The notes beneath the pieces were generated by a model. That model was given only the letters and a program-made list of their open reading frames with translations, ran no database searches and was not told the origin of the DNA. Below are positions 8,918 to 18,143 of a stretch of DNA of 54,146 nt, piece by piece. Source of the DNA: a virus (lineage: Duplodnaviria > Caudoviricetes); the IMG/VR virus record IMGVR_UViG_3300032242_001353, positions 1 to 54,146 of that record; one strand, given 5' to 3'. Within the stretch, counting starts at the first letter, position 1. Every line of letters begins with the position of its first letter. The position numbers were made by a program, and so were the translations under genes.

Positions 8918-9562
8918 TTATTCTGAAATGAATTCTCTAATCATCGGGAAGATTGGTTCAATTGCATCTACACACGCCAAAGCTACTTCACGATGTTCCT
9001 TTTGTGTACCGTTTGCCGACCTGAGTTGTATATAGTGAACCCATGACCGCAGAGTTCCATTCATATACATTTTAGATTTTGTCATACCCTCAGGTAATAC
9101 TGCTCTTGCTTGCTCTTTTGCAATACCATTATTAATAGCCCACTCATAGGCCTTTTTCACTTGTTCTTCTACTGCTGCTTGAGCATATGCCCATTGATCG
9201 TGTAAATTTTCATTATCTGTTTCTACACTATTTTGTCTATTTTTATTATCTTGTAATCTTGCTTCACGTAATTCAAACTCTGTATTTACTTCTGCATATC
9301 GTTGACTAAATTCCTGAAAGGAAAAGGAACGATGCCTGAGTATTTGTCTGGCTATATCTCTAGTTGTATTAATTTCTAAACAGACTGAAACCATTTCTAG
9401 TGGAGACCAATGTTGATTATTGATAAGATATCTTACCAACTTTTCAGCGGTATCACTATTATTTTGGTTTGCGGGATTTGATACTCTTGCAGCATAGGCC
9501 ACTTGTTCAAGCAAATTCTTACCATCAGGACTTTGCGAATAATTAATCAATTCTACTTTCAT
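8918..9562 (-). CDS. thyX: flavin-dependent thymidylate synthase
   Basis: HWSPLE, RQILRHRSFSFQEFSQRY, ARAVLP, TQKEH; start at MKVELI. Confidence 0.95.
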   Translation of the reverse strand: MKVELINYSQSPDGKNLLEQVAYAARVSNPANQNNSDTAEKLVRYLINNQHWSPLEMVSVCLEINTTRDIARQILRHRSFSFQEFSQRYAEVNTEFELREARLQDNKNRQNSVETDNENLHDQWAYAQAAVEEQVKKAYEWAINNGIAKEQARAVLPEGMTKSKMYMNGTLRSWVHYIQLRSANGTQKEHREVALACVDAIEPIFPMIREFISE

Positions 9563-10025
9563 CACCATAACTCCATATCTCTTTTTTATATTCATCTTCC
9601 CAATAATCATAATACTTTGTTTTCTTCAAAGTATTTCTGGCAACCATTAATTTACCTTTTGGTTGCGCCAGAATTATTGGATATTCTTCATTGCCTGTAC
9701 TAACACCATTGATAAAACCGGGTTCACTAGGATGATCTTTTAGAAAGATTATATCCGAAAAACTTTTGTTTAACCGGCCAATTATATCAATACAATCTTG
9801 ATTTGTCAAGTTCTTTGTAACATTAAAGAATATGATTACCTCATAATCTTCCGTGTTAGCTTCCATATACCGAGATATGTAATCTTCTACCTCATAACCA
9901 ATATATGACCAAAATACCTTTTTATCTTCTAAGGCTTTCTTGGCAAATGGACATATTGAGAAGCCACCAAGTTCATCTCTTTTCTGAGATAATCTTTTCA
10001 CCCATGCAATTATATTTTCTTCCAA
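9543..10025 (-). CDS. hypothetical protein (CPFA motif)
   Basis: ORF track; GGFSICPFAK, LKDHP, YYDYW motifs seen in aquatic phages. Confidence 0.75.
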   Translation of the reverse strand: MEENIIAWVKRLSQKRDELGGFSICPFAKKALEDKKVFWSYIGYEVEDYISRYMEANTEDYEVIIFFNVTKNLTNQDCIDIIGRLNKSFSDIIFLKDHPSEPGFINGVSTGNEEYPIILAQPKGKLMVARNTLKKTKYYDYWEDEYKKEIWSYGDESRID

Positions 10026-11023
10026 TTCACAAACTCCGCTTTAGCTCTCAGATTCACAAATGTATGGTTACTTATGATGTCTTGGATTTCATCTGGTGAG
10101 AACCCATCCAGTACCATCTCATTAATGTCTTTAGAATCAATCATTTCTGGCCATATTACTACATTGAAATGATTTTCAATTGATTTATCAATAATTTTCA
10201 CCAATTCTTTATTGCGTGGTTCATTGTCATATACCAATGTGACCTTTGTCTTATCATATATCTTGGTAATTGATTCCAAGTTAGAATCGGCAGTGGCCAC
10301 CGCATTTTCTAGAAATAAGGAGTCAATAGGACCTTCCACCACATAGATCATCTTCTCCGGGTCTATCCTATCAAGTCCAAAGACTTTGTGGCCGTCAGCA
10401 TGTAGTTTTACAGTGATATACCGCATCTTGGATTCACCAAGAGCTCTACCCTGAATGGCAATAAGTTCTTTGTCTTGATTGTAGAATGGAAGAATCAATC
10501 GAGGGTCATCCTCTTTTAAATTCTCTTTCTCAATACCAAGAGATTCTACAAACTTCTTAAAGTCTGGTGCAAAGTATAGGTTCTTGTGGTGTTCAACAGG
10601 AATCTTTCTACCATTAACGTAATCTTTGGCATAATGGCCATCTGGTAATGAATCGATTGATTCTAGTTCAAATTTTGTTTTCTTGAATACTGGTGTTGTC
10701 TTGTATTCATCAAATGTAGGTTTCTTGTAGTTATTGTTACCAGTCTCACCATCTTTAAATCTTTCCAGTGCATACTCTTTGACAAGGCGTGAATCCAATT
10801 TATCAAGGAAATTATAAAAGGTAGTGGATGCACCACAGTTGTGGCACATATAGAAATAGTCGTTTTTCTTACGGTAAACATACCCACGTGATTTGGTTTT
10901 ATTCTTTTCAGAATCTCCACAAAGTGGACACCGAAAGTTATAAAGGTCAGTTTTCTTTTGAGTAAACCTTTGTAACTTCGGTGATACCATTAATAGGAAT
11001 TTACGATCAATATAGACACTCAT
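10010..11023 (-). CDS. gp61: DNA primase (T4 gp61-like)
   Basis: Zn finger CPLCGDS...CHNC; TOPRIM VVEGPIDSLF, YDNEPRN, KDINEM. Confidence 0.95.
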   Translation of the reverse strand: MSVYIDRKFLLMVSPKLQRFTQKKTDLYNFRCPLCGDSEKNKTKSRGYVYRKKNDYFYMCHNCGASTTFYNFLDKLDSRLVKEYALERFKDGETGNNNYKKPTFDEYKTTPVFKKTKFELESIDSLPDGHYAKDYVNGRKIPVEHHKNLYFAPDFKKFVESLGIEKENLKEDDPRLILPFYNQDKELIAIQGRALGESKMRYITVKLHADGHKVFGLDRIDPEKMIYVVEGPIDSLFLENAVATADSNLESITKIYDKTKVTLVYDNEPRNKELVKIIDKSIENHFNVVIWPEMIDSKDINEMVLDGFSPDEIQDIISNHTFVNLRAKAEFVNWKKI

Positions 11024-11051
11024 GATATTATATAATAGTTCAGATCACAAC

Positions 11052-11080
11052 ATTATAACAAACAATGTGTGGTATGTAAA
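11052..11080 (-). promoter_or_regulatory. sigma70-type promoter TTTACA-N17-TATAAT
   Basis: Immediately upstream of the primase gene. Confidence 0.65.
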
Positions 11081-11091
11081 GCAGTATTTAA

Positions 11092-11502
11092 TTATCTGCC
11101 AAATAATGTTGCCACAAATTCCATGTGGGAAACTAACCAAGATAATGCAATTATCCCACCGGCAATCATCCACTTCCATTGCAGAAGTTTATCCAAAGAT
11201 TCTTTTTCTTTGTTATTATGTATTTGCATATCATTACGTAAGGCCTTAAGCTCTTCCATCAATCTTAACTCAGAAATCTGTAGTTTGTCAAGCACCGTGT
11301 CTATCCTATCATGGATTTCTTTGATGTCTGCCTCTGTTTCTAATCGGCGATCTTCCATTGTAGCATAAACCTTTATTAAGTGTTTGTCGTGTTGGTCTAC
11401 CAACTTCTCGATTACTTTATCCATCTTGTCACATAACATACAAAGGGTGCTGACTTGCTGCTTCAGTACACCAACATCAACTTGTATTTGTGTATCAGAC
11501 AT
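11092..11502 (-). CDS. coiled-coil protein with C-terminal transmembrane helix
   Basis: Start moved to MSDTQIQ; heptad region then WKWMIAGGIIALSWLV; end of the lysis block. Confidence 0.75.
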   Translation of the reverse strand: MSDTQIQVDVGVLKQQVSTLCMLCDKMDKVIEKLVDQHDKHLIKVYATMEDRRLETEADIKEIHDRIDTVLDKLQISELRLMEELKALRNDMQIHNNKEKESLDKLLQWKWMIAGGIIALSWLVSHMEFVATLFGR

Positions 11503-11503
11503 T

Positions 11504-11677
11504 TTATTTTTTCTTTTCTGGTATTGCTGTCCCGTCAAGTTTTTTGTGGACTTTGATGGTTTTGCACTCTTGAACTGTTTTTCCTTTTTTGACTGTATCA
11601 TGGCAAACTTTTTTCTCCTCAGCTGCGTATGTCGTAATTACGACGGAAGCGAGGATTAATGCAAGAATCATTCTCAT
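11504..11677 (-). CDS. small secreted protein (57 aa) with a Cys pair
   Basis: MRMILALILASVVITTYA-AEEKKVCHDTVKKGKTVQECKTIKVHKKLDG; AAGGAG RBS; not in the ORF track. Confidence 0.75.
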   Translation of the reverse strand: MRMILALILASVVITTYAAEEKKVCHDTVKKGKTVQECKTIKVHKKLDGTAIPEKKK

Positions 11678-11687
11678 AATGATCTCC

Positions 11688-12122
11688 TTAAATTTCTGGT
11701 TGTGGTGCAGGTGGTGGTGCTAACTTACCACCAAACCCTGTTGTAATTGCCGGTGCCGATGCAACAACTGGTGCTGGTGCAGGCGATGGTGTAAATGCTG
11801 GAGGTGCCGATGACAAGGTAGGTGTATCGACACTTGTTGAAGTATTTGAAGCACCAGCAATCTTTTCTTGTGTTCTACCAAATGCAGATACACCAAGAAC
11901 AGCACCCATTGCAACGTGGAACAATCCACCACCTTGTAGTGTGATTGGTACCCACTGTCTGAAGGCATCATTCGCAGCTTGTGTTTCCCAGAATTGTACA
12001 ATCGTAAACATAATAGGGAACAATGCAAAGTCACATATGCAACAAATCATGTACATGATGGCCATCATAGGACGCCACTTCTTTGTCATCCAATCTTCTT
12101 CTTTTTTTTCTACTTTTGCCAT
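11688..12122 (-). CDS. putative holin (GTA 3TM-like family)
   Basis: KKWRPMMA..Y, hydrophobic segments, GGGLFHVAMGAVLGVSAFGRTQEK; follows the endolysin. Confidence 0.75.
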   Translation of the reverse strand: MAKVEKKEEDWMTKKWRPMMAIMYMICCICDFALFPIMFTIVQFWETQAANDAFRQWVPITLQGGGLFHVAMGAVLGVSAFGRTQEKIAGASNTSTSVDTPTLSSAPPAFTPSPAPAPVVASAPAITTGFGGKLAPPPAPQPEI

Positions 12123-12123
12123 C

Positions 12124-12747
12124 TTATACTCCCAAAACTCTTAATGCTTGTTCGTAATGTTTTTTGCGTTCTTCTAAACCAAGAGTACCACCATTGATAA
12201 TCTTGGTCATCTTTTCAATATCACCAGCATCTGCCCACTTATTCAAGTTATTTGTTTCCCAGAACCAACAGGCTGATTGTGCTGCACCTTCGAATGTTGC
12301 CATATATTGTGCTGCATCTTCTGGAGAGATTTCTAGTGAATCAGCAAAACTCTGGTAGTTTGATTTACCGGTCAATTGAATTAGACCACGACCACGGTAT
12401 TTGAAACCGTCACCAGAGGCCTCATCACCATTGCCCATACGATTTGCGTATATACGATTAGCGATAGCTTCTTGTTTGTTTACCTTACTTGCATATTGTT
12501 GTGCAAGTTCATCTGTAGGAAAATACTTTTTAAATAAAGCACGTAGACTTGCGGCTTTATAGTTTAAGTTCTCTTGTATTGCGGTGAAGTTGTTTGATTC
12601 ATGAGCGCACTGTGCAATGAAAGCAGCAATACGATGTGGTGTGTCTATATCATAATCTGGCAACAATTGTTCCAATGCATGATACCAATGATCGACATAA
12701 GGATTATTTGGTATCAATTGTTTCAGTTGTGCTAATGTTAAGTTCAT
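12124..12747 (-). CDS. GH19 (chitinase-like) endolysin
   Basis: FIAQCAHES, ENLNY, YRGRGLIQLTGKSNY, SACWFW, INGG. Confidence 0.93.
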   Translation of the reverse strand: MNLTLAQLKQLIPNNPYVDHWYHALEQLLPDYDIDTPHRIAAFIAQCAHESNNFTAIQENLNYKAASLRALFKKYFPTDELAQQYASKVNKQEAIANRIYANRMGNGDEASGDGFKYRGRGLIQLTGKSNYQSFADSLEISPEDAAQYMATFEGAAQSACWFWETNNLNKWADAGDIEKMTKIINGGTLGLEERKKHYEQALRVLGV

Positions 12748-13004
12748 TTAACTTCCTCAAATATTTTCTTCTGTTCTGTATACCACTCAATCCATGATTC
12801 TGTAGTCAAACGACATTCATGATACTGAGCATAGTTCTCTGTAACTACAAGTAAAACATCACTTAGTTTAGTTGTACCATCAGGTACTTCTTTCAGTTCA
12901 GGACATGGTGTAGTTAATTCTTTAGGAACACTAGGAAAGTTTCTTTTAACTGGTACTGTAGTAGAACATCCAGCTAACAACAAACAAATTAATAATCTTT
13001 TCAT
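12744..13004 (-). CDS. o-spanin-like lipoprotein (Rz1-like)
   Basis: Lipobox LLAG-C; Pro/Cys-containing periplasmic region; adjacent to the endolysin. Confidence 0.8.
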   Translation of the reverse strand: MKRLLICLLLAGCSTTVPVKRNFPSVPKELTTPCPELKEVPDGTTKLSDVLLVVTENYAQYHECRLTTESWIEWYTEQKKIFEEVK

Positions 13005-13007
13005 TGT

Positions 13008-13466
13008 TTAGTCTTTCTTCAACGGTTCTACATCAACTGTTGCTCTTAGTTTTGCAGAATCATTTAATATTTTAATTGCTTCAGGTGGTACTTCACACTT
13101 TGCATCAATAATCTTTTCTTGTTGTACTATTCTATCTTTAGTAACAACTTGTATTTCTTTTACTGTCTTAATCTTTTCAACTAATTTAGTTTTGATTACT
13201 GTATTTACTTTTTGACTTTTTTCCTCAGAAATCTTAACTTTTTCTTCTAATTCTTTTACTCTGGCTTCCCATACATTGTTGTTATAGTTTGCACCTTCCA
13301 TAAACAAACCAAAACACAATATTGCAACAGAGAGTAGTCTAACTGGTATCAAGTATTTACCAATAAGTGGTAACCAAGAAGAAAATTGGCCAATAATGAC
13401 ACTTGCTAATCCAAGTAACACTATTGCATGAAATATCCAATCAGGTAAAAAATGAAGTATCCACAT
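13008..13466 (-). CDS. i-spanin-like membrane protein (Rz-like)
   Basis: N-terminal TM helices, coiled coil, C-terminal Cys; precedes the lipoprotein. Confidence 0.75.
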   Translation of the reverse strand: MWILHFLPDWIFHAIVLLGLASVIIGQFSSWLPLIGKYLIPVRLLSVAILCFGLFMEGANYNNNVWEARVKELEEKVKISEEKSQKVNTVIKTKLVEKIKTVKEIQVVTKDRIVQQEKIIDAKCEVPPEAIKILNDSAKLRATVDVEPLKKD

Positions 13467-13467
13467 A

Positions 13468-13722
13468 TTATCTTGTCAGTTGTAATATACTATCTTGTCC
13501 AGTTTTTTCTATTTTAATCCAGCCGTTGTTACCGAACTTGTAACCTTCTTTTTCTGATACTGATACTTTTAGTCCTTCTAAATTCTGTACAATATACTTA
13601 GCTAAACTATTGTTATCCAAACCATTAACTTTTAATAACATTATATTTGAAACTATTGAAGATGTTACTTCTAAACCAAATCTTTCTTCAACAAATTTTT
13701 CTATATCACTAAAGTCAATCAC
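13468..13722 (-). CDS. hypothetical protein
   Basis: ORF track; overlapping stop/start with the upstream gene. Confidence 0.7.
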   Translation of the reverse strand: MIDFSDIEKFVEERFGLEVTSSIVSNIMLLKVNGLDNNSLAKYIVQNLEGLKVSVSEKEGYKFGNNGWIKIEKTGQDSILQLTR

Positions 13723-13889
13723 TTGGGTGCCTTTCTGAAGAATGTAGGATATTTCTTTTTACGTTTCTTCATATTAACAGCAGTAGCACTAACTGGATCG
13801 GTTGCACTTTGTGGTCCTGTTACATTAGTTGGACCTGCTGCAGCAACACCACCGGCCATTTCTGTTACGAACTCTTTGAATGTTTTCAT
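13719..13889 (-). CDS. small putative internal head protein
   Basis: Start MKTFKEFVTE resembles the T4 IP capsid-targeting sequence; basic C-terminus. Confidence 0.7.
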   Translation of the reverse strand: MKTFKEFVTEMAGGVAAAGPTNVTGPQSATDPVSATAVNMKKRKKKYPTFFRKAPK

Positions 13890-14773
13890 CTGCATTTCCA
13901 TTTACGTAATGCTAGTGCTTTTCTTGTTGGTTTACCATTTGGTTTCTTCATAGGTCCTTTCATACCGGACATACGAGCACAAAATGATTTTCTACGCTTG
14001 GCAGCCTTACTTCCTGGTTTTACTTTACCAGTAACAGCTTTCTTTAATTTTGATCCGGGATTTTCTCTACGATATGATGCAATACCTTTTGCATTTAATC
14101 CACCAGTAGGACTCTTTCCTTCTTTACGTTTCCATGCAGCAGATTCTTCTAACCATTCATATTGTTCATCTAGTTCTTCTTTACGATTTTCCCAATCAAG
14201 AAGTTCTTTAATTGTTTCGATATGGCCTTGTAGATAACCATGTTCCATACGCATCTCTGGAGATGTCATTGATAACATACGGTCTAATTGGTCTTTGATA
14301 TTTTGTGCCATCAAAAGATAACCCATGTCATCTTCTTTTGGTGAACCTTTTTTCTCTTTCAAGTGTTTCTCGATGAAGAAGATACAATCTTGTAATTTGG
14401 CCATGCCCTCAAATAAATCATACTCATCATCTTCAATCTTATCTTCAATGTCGTGGTATAATTTTGTTGCTGTTGGACACACATGAAAATAATTTGTGTC
14501 GTAATCAAATACTGTTACTTCATGATCCGGCATATCATCATCGTCATCTTTTTTTGCTTCCCAAATAACTTCAACTTCTTCTTTGGTACTTCTCCAACCA
14601 CCACCCATCGCTTTGTATTTTTTGGATGCCCAAGCATTAGCGTAAGCAGAAGGATAGACAGCAAACTTTGATTTTGCTGCGGCCTTAGCACGAGCCCATT
14701 TTTCAGGTTGTGTTGGCTTATTTTTTTCTTGTAGAGATTGTATTTCGTTTATGAATTTATTAAATGGTTTCAT
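13886..14773 (-). CDS. modular putative internal head protein
   Basis: MKPFNKFINE N-terminus; basic module YPSAYANAW...GGGW, acidic module, basic module SAAWKRKEGK..GGLN...SFCARM...LRKWKC. Confidence 0.75.
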   Translation of the reverse strand: MKPFNKFINEIQSLQEKNKPTQPEKWARAKAAAKSKFAVYPSAYANAWASKKYKAMGGGWRSTKEEVEVIWEAKKDDDDDMPDHEVTVFDYDTNYFHVCPTATKLYHDIEDKIEDDEYDLFEGMAKLQDCIFFIEKHLKEKKGSPKEDDMGYLLMAQNIKDQLDRMLSMTSPEMRMEHGYLQGHIETIKELLDWENRKEELDEQYEWLEESAAWKRKEGKSPTGGLNAKGIASYRRENPGSKLKKAVTGKVKPGSKAAKRRKSFCARMSGMKGPMKKPNGKPTRKALALRKWKCR

Positions 14774-15274
14774 TTATTTTGTCCTAACATTTATTGCTTT
14801 ACCACGGCGTTCTGGATTTGGATCTTCACGGCGCTTTCTTCGTGCGGCCTTCGCTCTACCTTCTTTACCTAAAGAATTTGCTTTTGATCTAGGTAAACAT
14901 TTTGGTTTTCCTTCACCTGGATTCCTAGCACATTGACCTTTGACATTGCCTTTGGTATCCATACGAACCCAGTCTTGTTTAAACCATTTGCGTAAATCTT
15001 CATTAATCCAATCATCAGGAGTTTTTCCGTGTTTAGATTTAAAATCATCATGTAAATCTTTTCCTGTTATGCCATGATTTTTAGATATTTTTGTCATCAA
15101 CTTATCAATACTATCATAGTCGTGACTATCTAATTGTTTCAACCCATCTTCTAATTCTTTTACGTGATCTTCTTTTTTACAACTTCCTGGAGAAAAAGGA
15201 GTTTTACCTGGTACAGGTTTATAACCAGACCAACATCTACCTTTTTCGTTTACAAATTGTTTGAATGTTTTCAT
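14774..15274 (-). CDS. modular putative internal head protein
   Basis: MKTFKQFVNE; CWSGY...GSC module; EDLRKWFKQDWV...KPKCLP basic module. Confidence 0.75.
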   Translation of the reverse strand: MKTFKQFVNEKGRCWSGYKPVPGKTPFSPGSCKKEDHVKELEDGLKQLDSHDYDSIDKLMTKISKNHGITGKDLHDDFKSKHGKTPDDWINEDLRKWFKQDWVRMDTKGNVKGQCARNPGEGKPKCLPRSKANSLGKEGRAKAARRKRREDPNPERRGKAINVRTK

Positions 15275-15657
15275 ATCTGCCTTAATATCGCTGCGACATT
15301 AGTTTCTATGGGAATTTTGGTAACATCAATATCGTAACCCTTTATTCCTCTTACCTCATTTGGCAGTATATTTAGATAAGCCAGGAATGTTTTTAATATA
15401 TCATAATCTCGTTCATCTATCTTATAGAATAGTATTCTTGATGTTGCTTCTATACCAAAAACATTATTCAATAAGATAATATGATTGAGTATTAATCTTT
15501 CTTTTAAAATCTTAGTGACCTTATACCTGCGAAACAAGCGTTTAAGATACTTGGTTCTTTTAAGGTCACTTTCAAATTCTGAAATAATGCACAACGGTGA
15601 AATGTAACACTTCATCGCATATATCACAAAGTTGTCATCATTAAGATCGTCAAACAT
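15271..15657 (-). CDS. conserved T4-like hypothetical protein
   Basis: YAMK.Y..P.C...EF..DL, ERLILNHII...NVFG motifs seen in cyanophage-like phages. Confidence 0.8.
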   Translation of the reverse strand: MFDDLNDDNFVIYAMKCYISPLCIISEFESDLKRTKYLKRLFRRYKVTKILKERLILNHIILLNNVFGIEATSRILFYKIDERDYDILKTFLAYLNILPNEVRGIKGYDIDVTKIPIETNVAAILRQI

Positions 15658-16139
15658 TATTGTCTCGGATCCAACTCACCTTCAGGTTCAATAATATCTT
15701 CATCTTTTACATCCAACAAATCATTTAATCTTTCTTCATCGACCACAACAGCAAATGTTTCATAGAAACCATCTTCACCTATTCCATAATTAAAATATAG
15801 ATAGTATTCATCTTCTGTTGAATGATTTGGTGTTGTTTGTGTGCCATCTAATTCAGCACCAAAAGCACCACCAAATTGGTTGATGACAACAACTTCTTCA
15901 CTTTCTTCTTCATCTTGAAACACTACTCTCGGTAAAGTAATACCATACATTGATAATACTTTACTAATTCTCAACCATGCACTATATGGGTTTATCCATT
16001 GTCTTGATAGTTCTAATGTTAAATTTAGATTTATCTCATTGCGTGTATCGGCCTTTGATAAATCAATTTTCTCTTTAGACAATGAAATGACGGGTACATT
16101 GTACCCGCCTTCCAGGATAAACTCACGAAAACCCAGCAT
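15657..16139 (-). CDS. acidic hypothetical protein, putative virion protein
   Basis: MLGFREFILE N-terminus. Confidence 0.7.
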   Translation of the reverse strand: MLGFREFILEGGYNVPVISLSKEKIDLSKADTRNEINLNLTLELSRQWINPYSAWLRISKVLSMYGITLPRVVFQDEEESEEVVVINQFGGAFGAELDGTQTTPNHSTEDEYYLYFNYGIGEDGFYETFAVVVDEERLNDLLDVKDEDIIEPEGELDPRQ

Positions 16140-16789
16140 TATAGTCCGCCAAAGATTGCGTTAGCAGATGTATTACCAGATTGAGTATTTGCAGCAGTTG
16201 GGTTAGCAAGAGCAACGAGTGTTTCTTTTAAGAAACGAACTGTACCGTCATTGTTGATCTTACGAGTGATTCTGTTCCAACCAGTATTTAAATTACCAAG
16301 TTTAGTATTGGCTACATTAGAACCTGCACCATACAGTGTACCTTTGGTATTTCCCAGACGAGTAGTTGTGACTAGAATAACGTCATTTGCATTGAAAGAT
16401 ACTGGTTGATTTGTGTGATTAATACCAGTACCAAACCAAACTGTTGCACCGTTGGCCAATGTTCCCATAGTAGGATTTACTAATGTGAGAACACCGTTTG
16501 CACGGTCAGTAACAGAAGCAACTGTATTGTTTGAACGATAGAAATCGATATCGTTTTGGTCAACGATTGTCAAATCTTTAAATAAACGAGATACTGAATT
16601 ATTAGCATCGTTAGAATAAACATACAGGCCAGTATTAACTGAAGCTGGAATTGCTTTATTAAATTTGATGGTAGTAACACCAGCTGTTGTCGCATTGGCT
16701 GTAACCAATGATGCAACTGGTCTAACTTCTCTTAATTCTGGAAACAAAGGAATACTGTTCGCTTTGTCGTTATTTCCCCATAATGGCAT
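16139..16789 (-). CDS. putative virion structural protein
   Basis: MPLWGN start, GW...R...ETLVA motif, Asn/Thr/Ala-rich; late-type promoter upstream. Confidence 0.7.
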   Translation of the reverse strand: MPLWGNNDKANSIPLFPELREVRPVASLVTANATTAGVTTIKFNKAIPASVNTGLYVYSNDANNSVSRLFKDLTIVDQNDIDFYRSNNTVASVTDRANGVLTLVNPTMGTLANGATVWFGTGINHTNQPVSFNANDVILVTTTRLGNTKGTLYGAGSNVANTKLGNLNTGWNRITRKINNDGTVRFLKETLVALANPTAANTQSGNTSANAIFGGL

Positions 16790-16820
16790 TTTTTTCTCCT
16801 TTAAACCTAGGGTTTGTTTA

Positions 16821-18143
16821 CTATTTATCTTTCTTATCTTCCTTCTTTTCTTCTTTTTTCTTTTCGTCTTTTTTGGTAGGGTCAGGTTGACCTGGACGAA
16901 CTCTCATCGATGGGTCTATTTCTACAGTATCTCTACCTTGACCCGTCAATGTGGTACCACCAGACACTACAGCTGCAGCAGAGGGTTTCTTTTCACCCGT
17001 ACTGTCATCTTTGTCTGCTTTTTCAAACTTTGGTTTCTTTCCGTATGTTGCAACTGATTTGTCCTCTTTTTCATGGTCATATAAATCTTCTTTGACCATT
17101 TTTTTGTTCTTATAGATGGACTTAATCATTTTTGCTGACTTTGACATACGATCCTCAATCTCCATACCAACTGTTTGTGTTGGTGCTGCCGGATCTTGAT
17201 ACTTATCTTCTCTCATACCATAAGAATAAGCACGTGTCTTTGTACCACCATGCCAAGTTGGATCTTCAGTACCTTTGTCTGTTGTTACTTTGACTGTATG
17301 ACTTGGGTTCTTCTTCTTATGTTCGTTAGCGTGTTTCTCAGCAGATTCTCTATCTGGGAACTTCATAATGTGTTTACCAGATGGTGTAGTCTTTAATGCG
17401 TTATTCACTTTGATGTAGTGAATCGCATCTTGTTTCTTACTAGACTTCTTCATGAAGTCGAGTAGGCCTTCTTCTATCTCAGCTTCTTCTTTTTTAATTG
17501 GTGCAGAAACTAATTTGTTATCCTTCTTATAAGGATTACTTGTCTGGCCTTTTGATGTGTTTGGTGCAACTTTTAGTTTCTCTGTTTCTTCTTTTGCATA
17601 CAGATGACCATATTTCTTCTCATGCTCTTCACGGTCTTTCTTTTGTTTAGCAATTAAATCGGTTAAACGTTTAGCACCTTTATCAGGATCGTAACCAGAC
17701 TTCTTCAGACCAGATTTAAATTTCTCTTGTGGAGTTTGTGTTTCTTCTGGAGTTAATTGACTCATTTGAGATTTAGATTCATGACGAGAACCTGGTCCAT
17801 GTGGTGTCTTAACTTCTTTATAGGCAGAAATCGTCTTAGTCAAAGAACTAGCTCTCTCTTTTGTTTTACCACCAGCACTTTGAGTTGCCATATGGCCAAC
17901 ATCTTCTGGAACATATTCTTCAACCTTACGATCTTGCATCCATTTCTGAAATTGTGTAGATTTAGAATGTGCGACCTTTTGATTTGTACTAACAAATCTT
18001 GGATCAATACCTCTAGACAATAGATACTTGTCTAATGCACTTTCAGCAAGACCAGCTTTGGTAGACCAAGGATCCATTGGATTGGTACCAAATGTCTCCT
18101 TGCCCTTAACTAATTTTTTAATGTAATTAGCTTTGTTTTTCAT
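16821..18143 (-). CDS. large charged modular protein, putative internal head protein
   Basis: K/E-rich, many (L/I/V/M)xE boundaries; within the late block. Confidence 0.7.
   Translation of the reverse strand: MKNKANYIKKLVKGKETFGTNPMDPWSTKAGLAESALDKYLLSRGIDPRFVSTNQKVAHSKSTQFQKWMQDRKVEEYVPEDVGHMATQSAGGKTKERASSLTKTISAYKEVKTPHGPGSRHESKSQMSQLTPEETQTPQEKFKSGLKKSGYDPDKGAKRLTDLIAKQKKDREEHEKKYGHLYAKEETEKLKVAPNTSKGQTSNPYKKDNKLVSAPIKKEEAEIEEGLLDFMKKSSKKQDAIHYIKVNNALKTTPSGKHIMKFPDRESAEKHANEHKKKNPSHTVKVTTDKGTEDPTWHGGTKTRAYSYGMREDKYQDPAAPTQTVGMEIEDRMSKSAKMIKSIYKNKKMVKEDLYDHEKEDKSVATYGKKPKFEKADKDDSTGEKKPSAAAVVSGGTTLTGQGRDTVEIDPSMRVRPGQPDPTKKDEKKKEEKKEDKKDK
16822..16829 (-). promoter_or_regulatory. T4-type late promoter variant GATAAATA
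   Basis: ~30 nt upstream of the 16139..16789 start. Confidence 0.5.

Noticed and set aside
5451-10920. Short same-strand alternative-frame ORFs inside nrdA, nrdB and primase
   Set aside because: Leu/Met-rich frame shadows in highly constrained enzymes; no clear RBS noticed, unlike the two overprinting candidates reported
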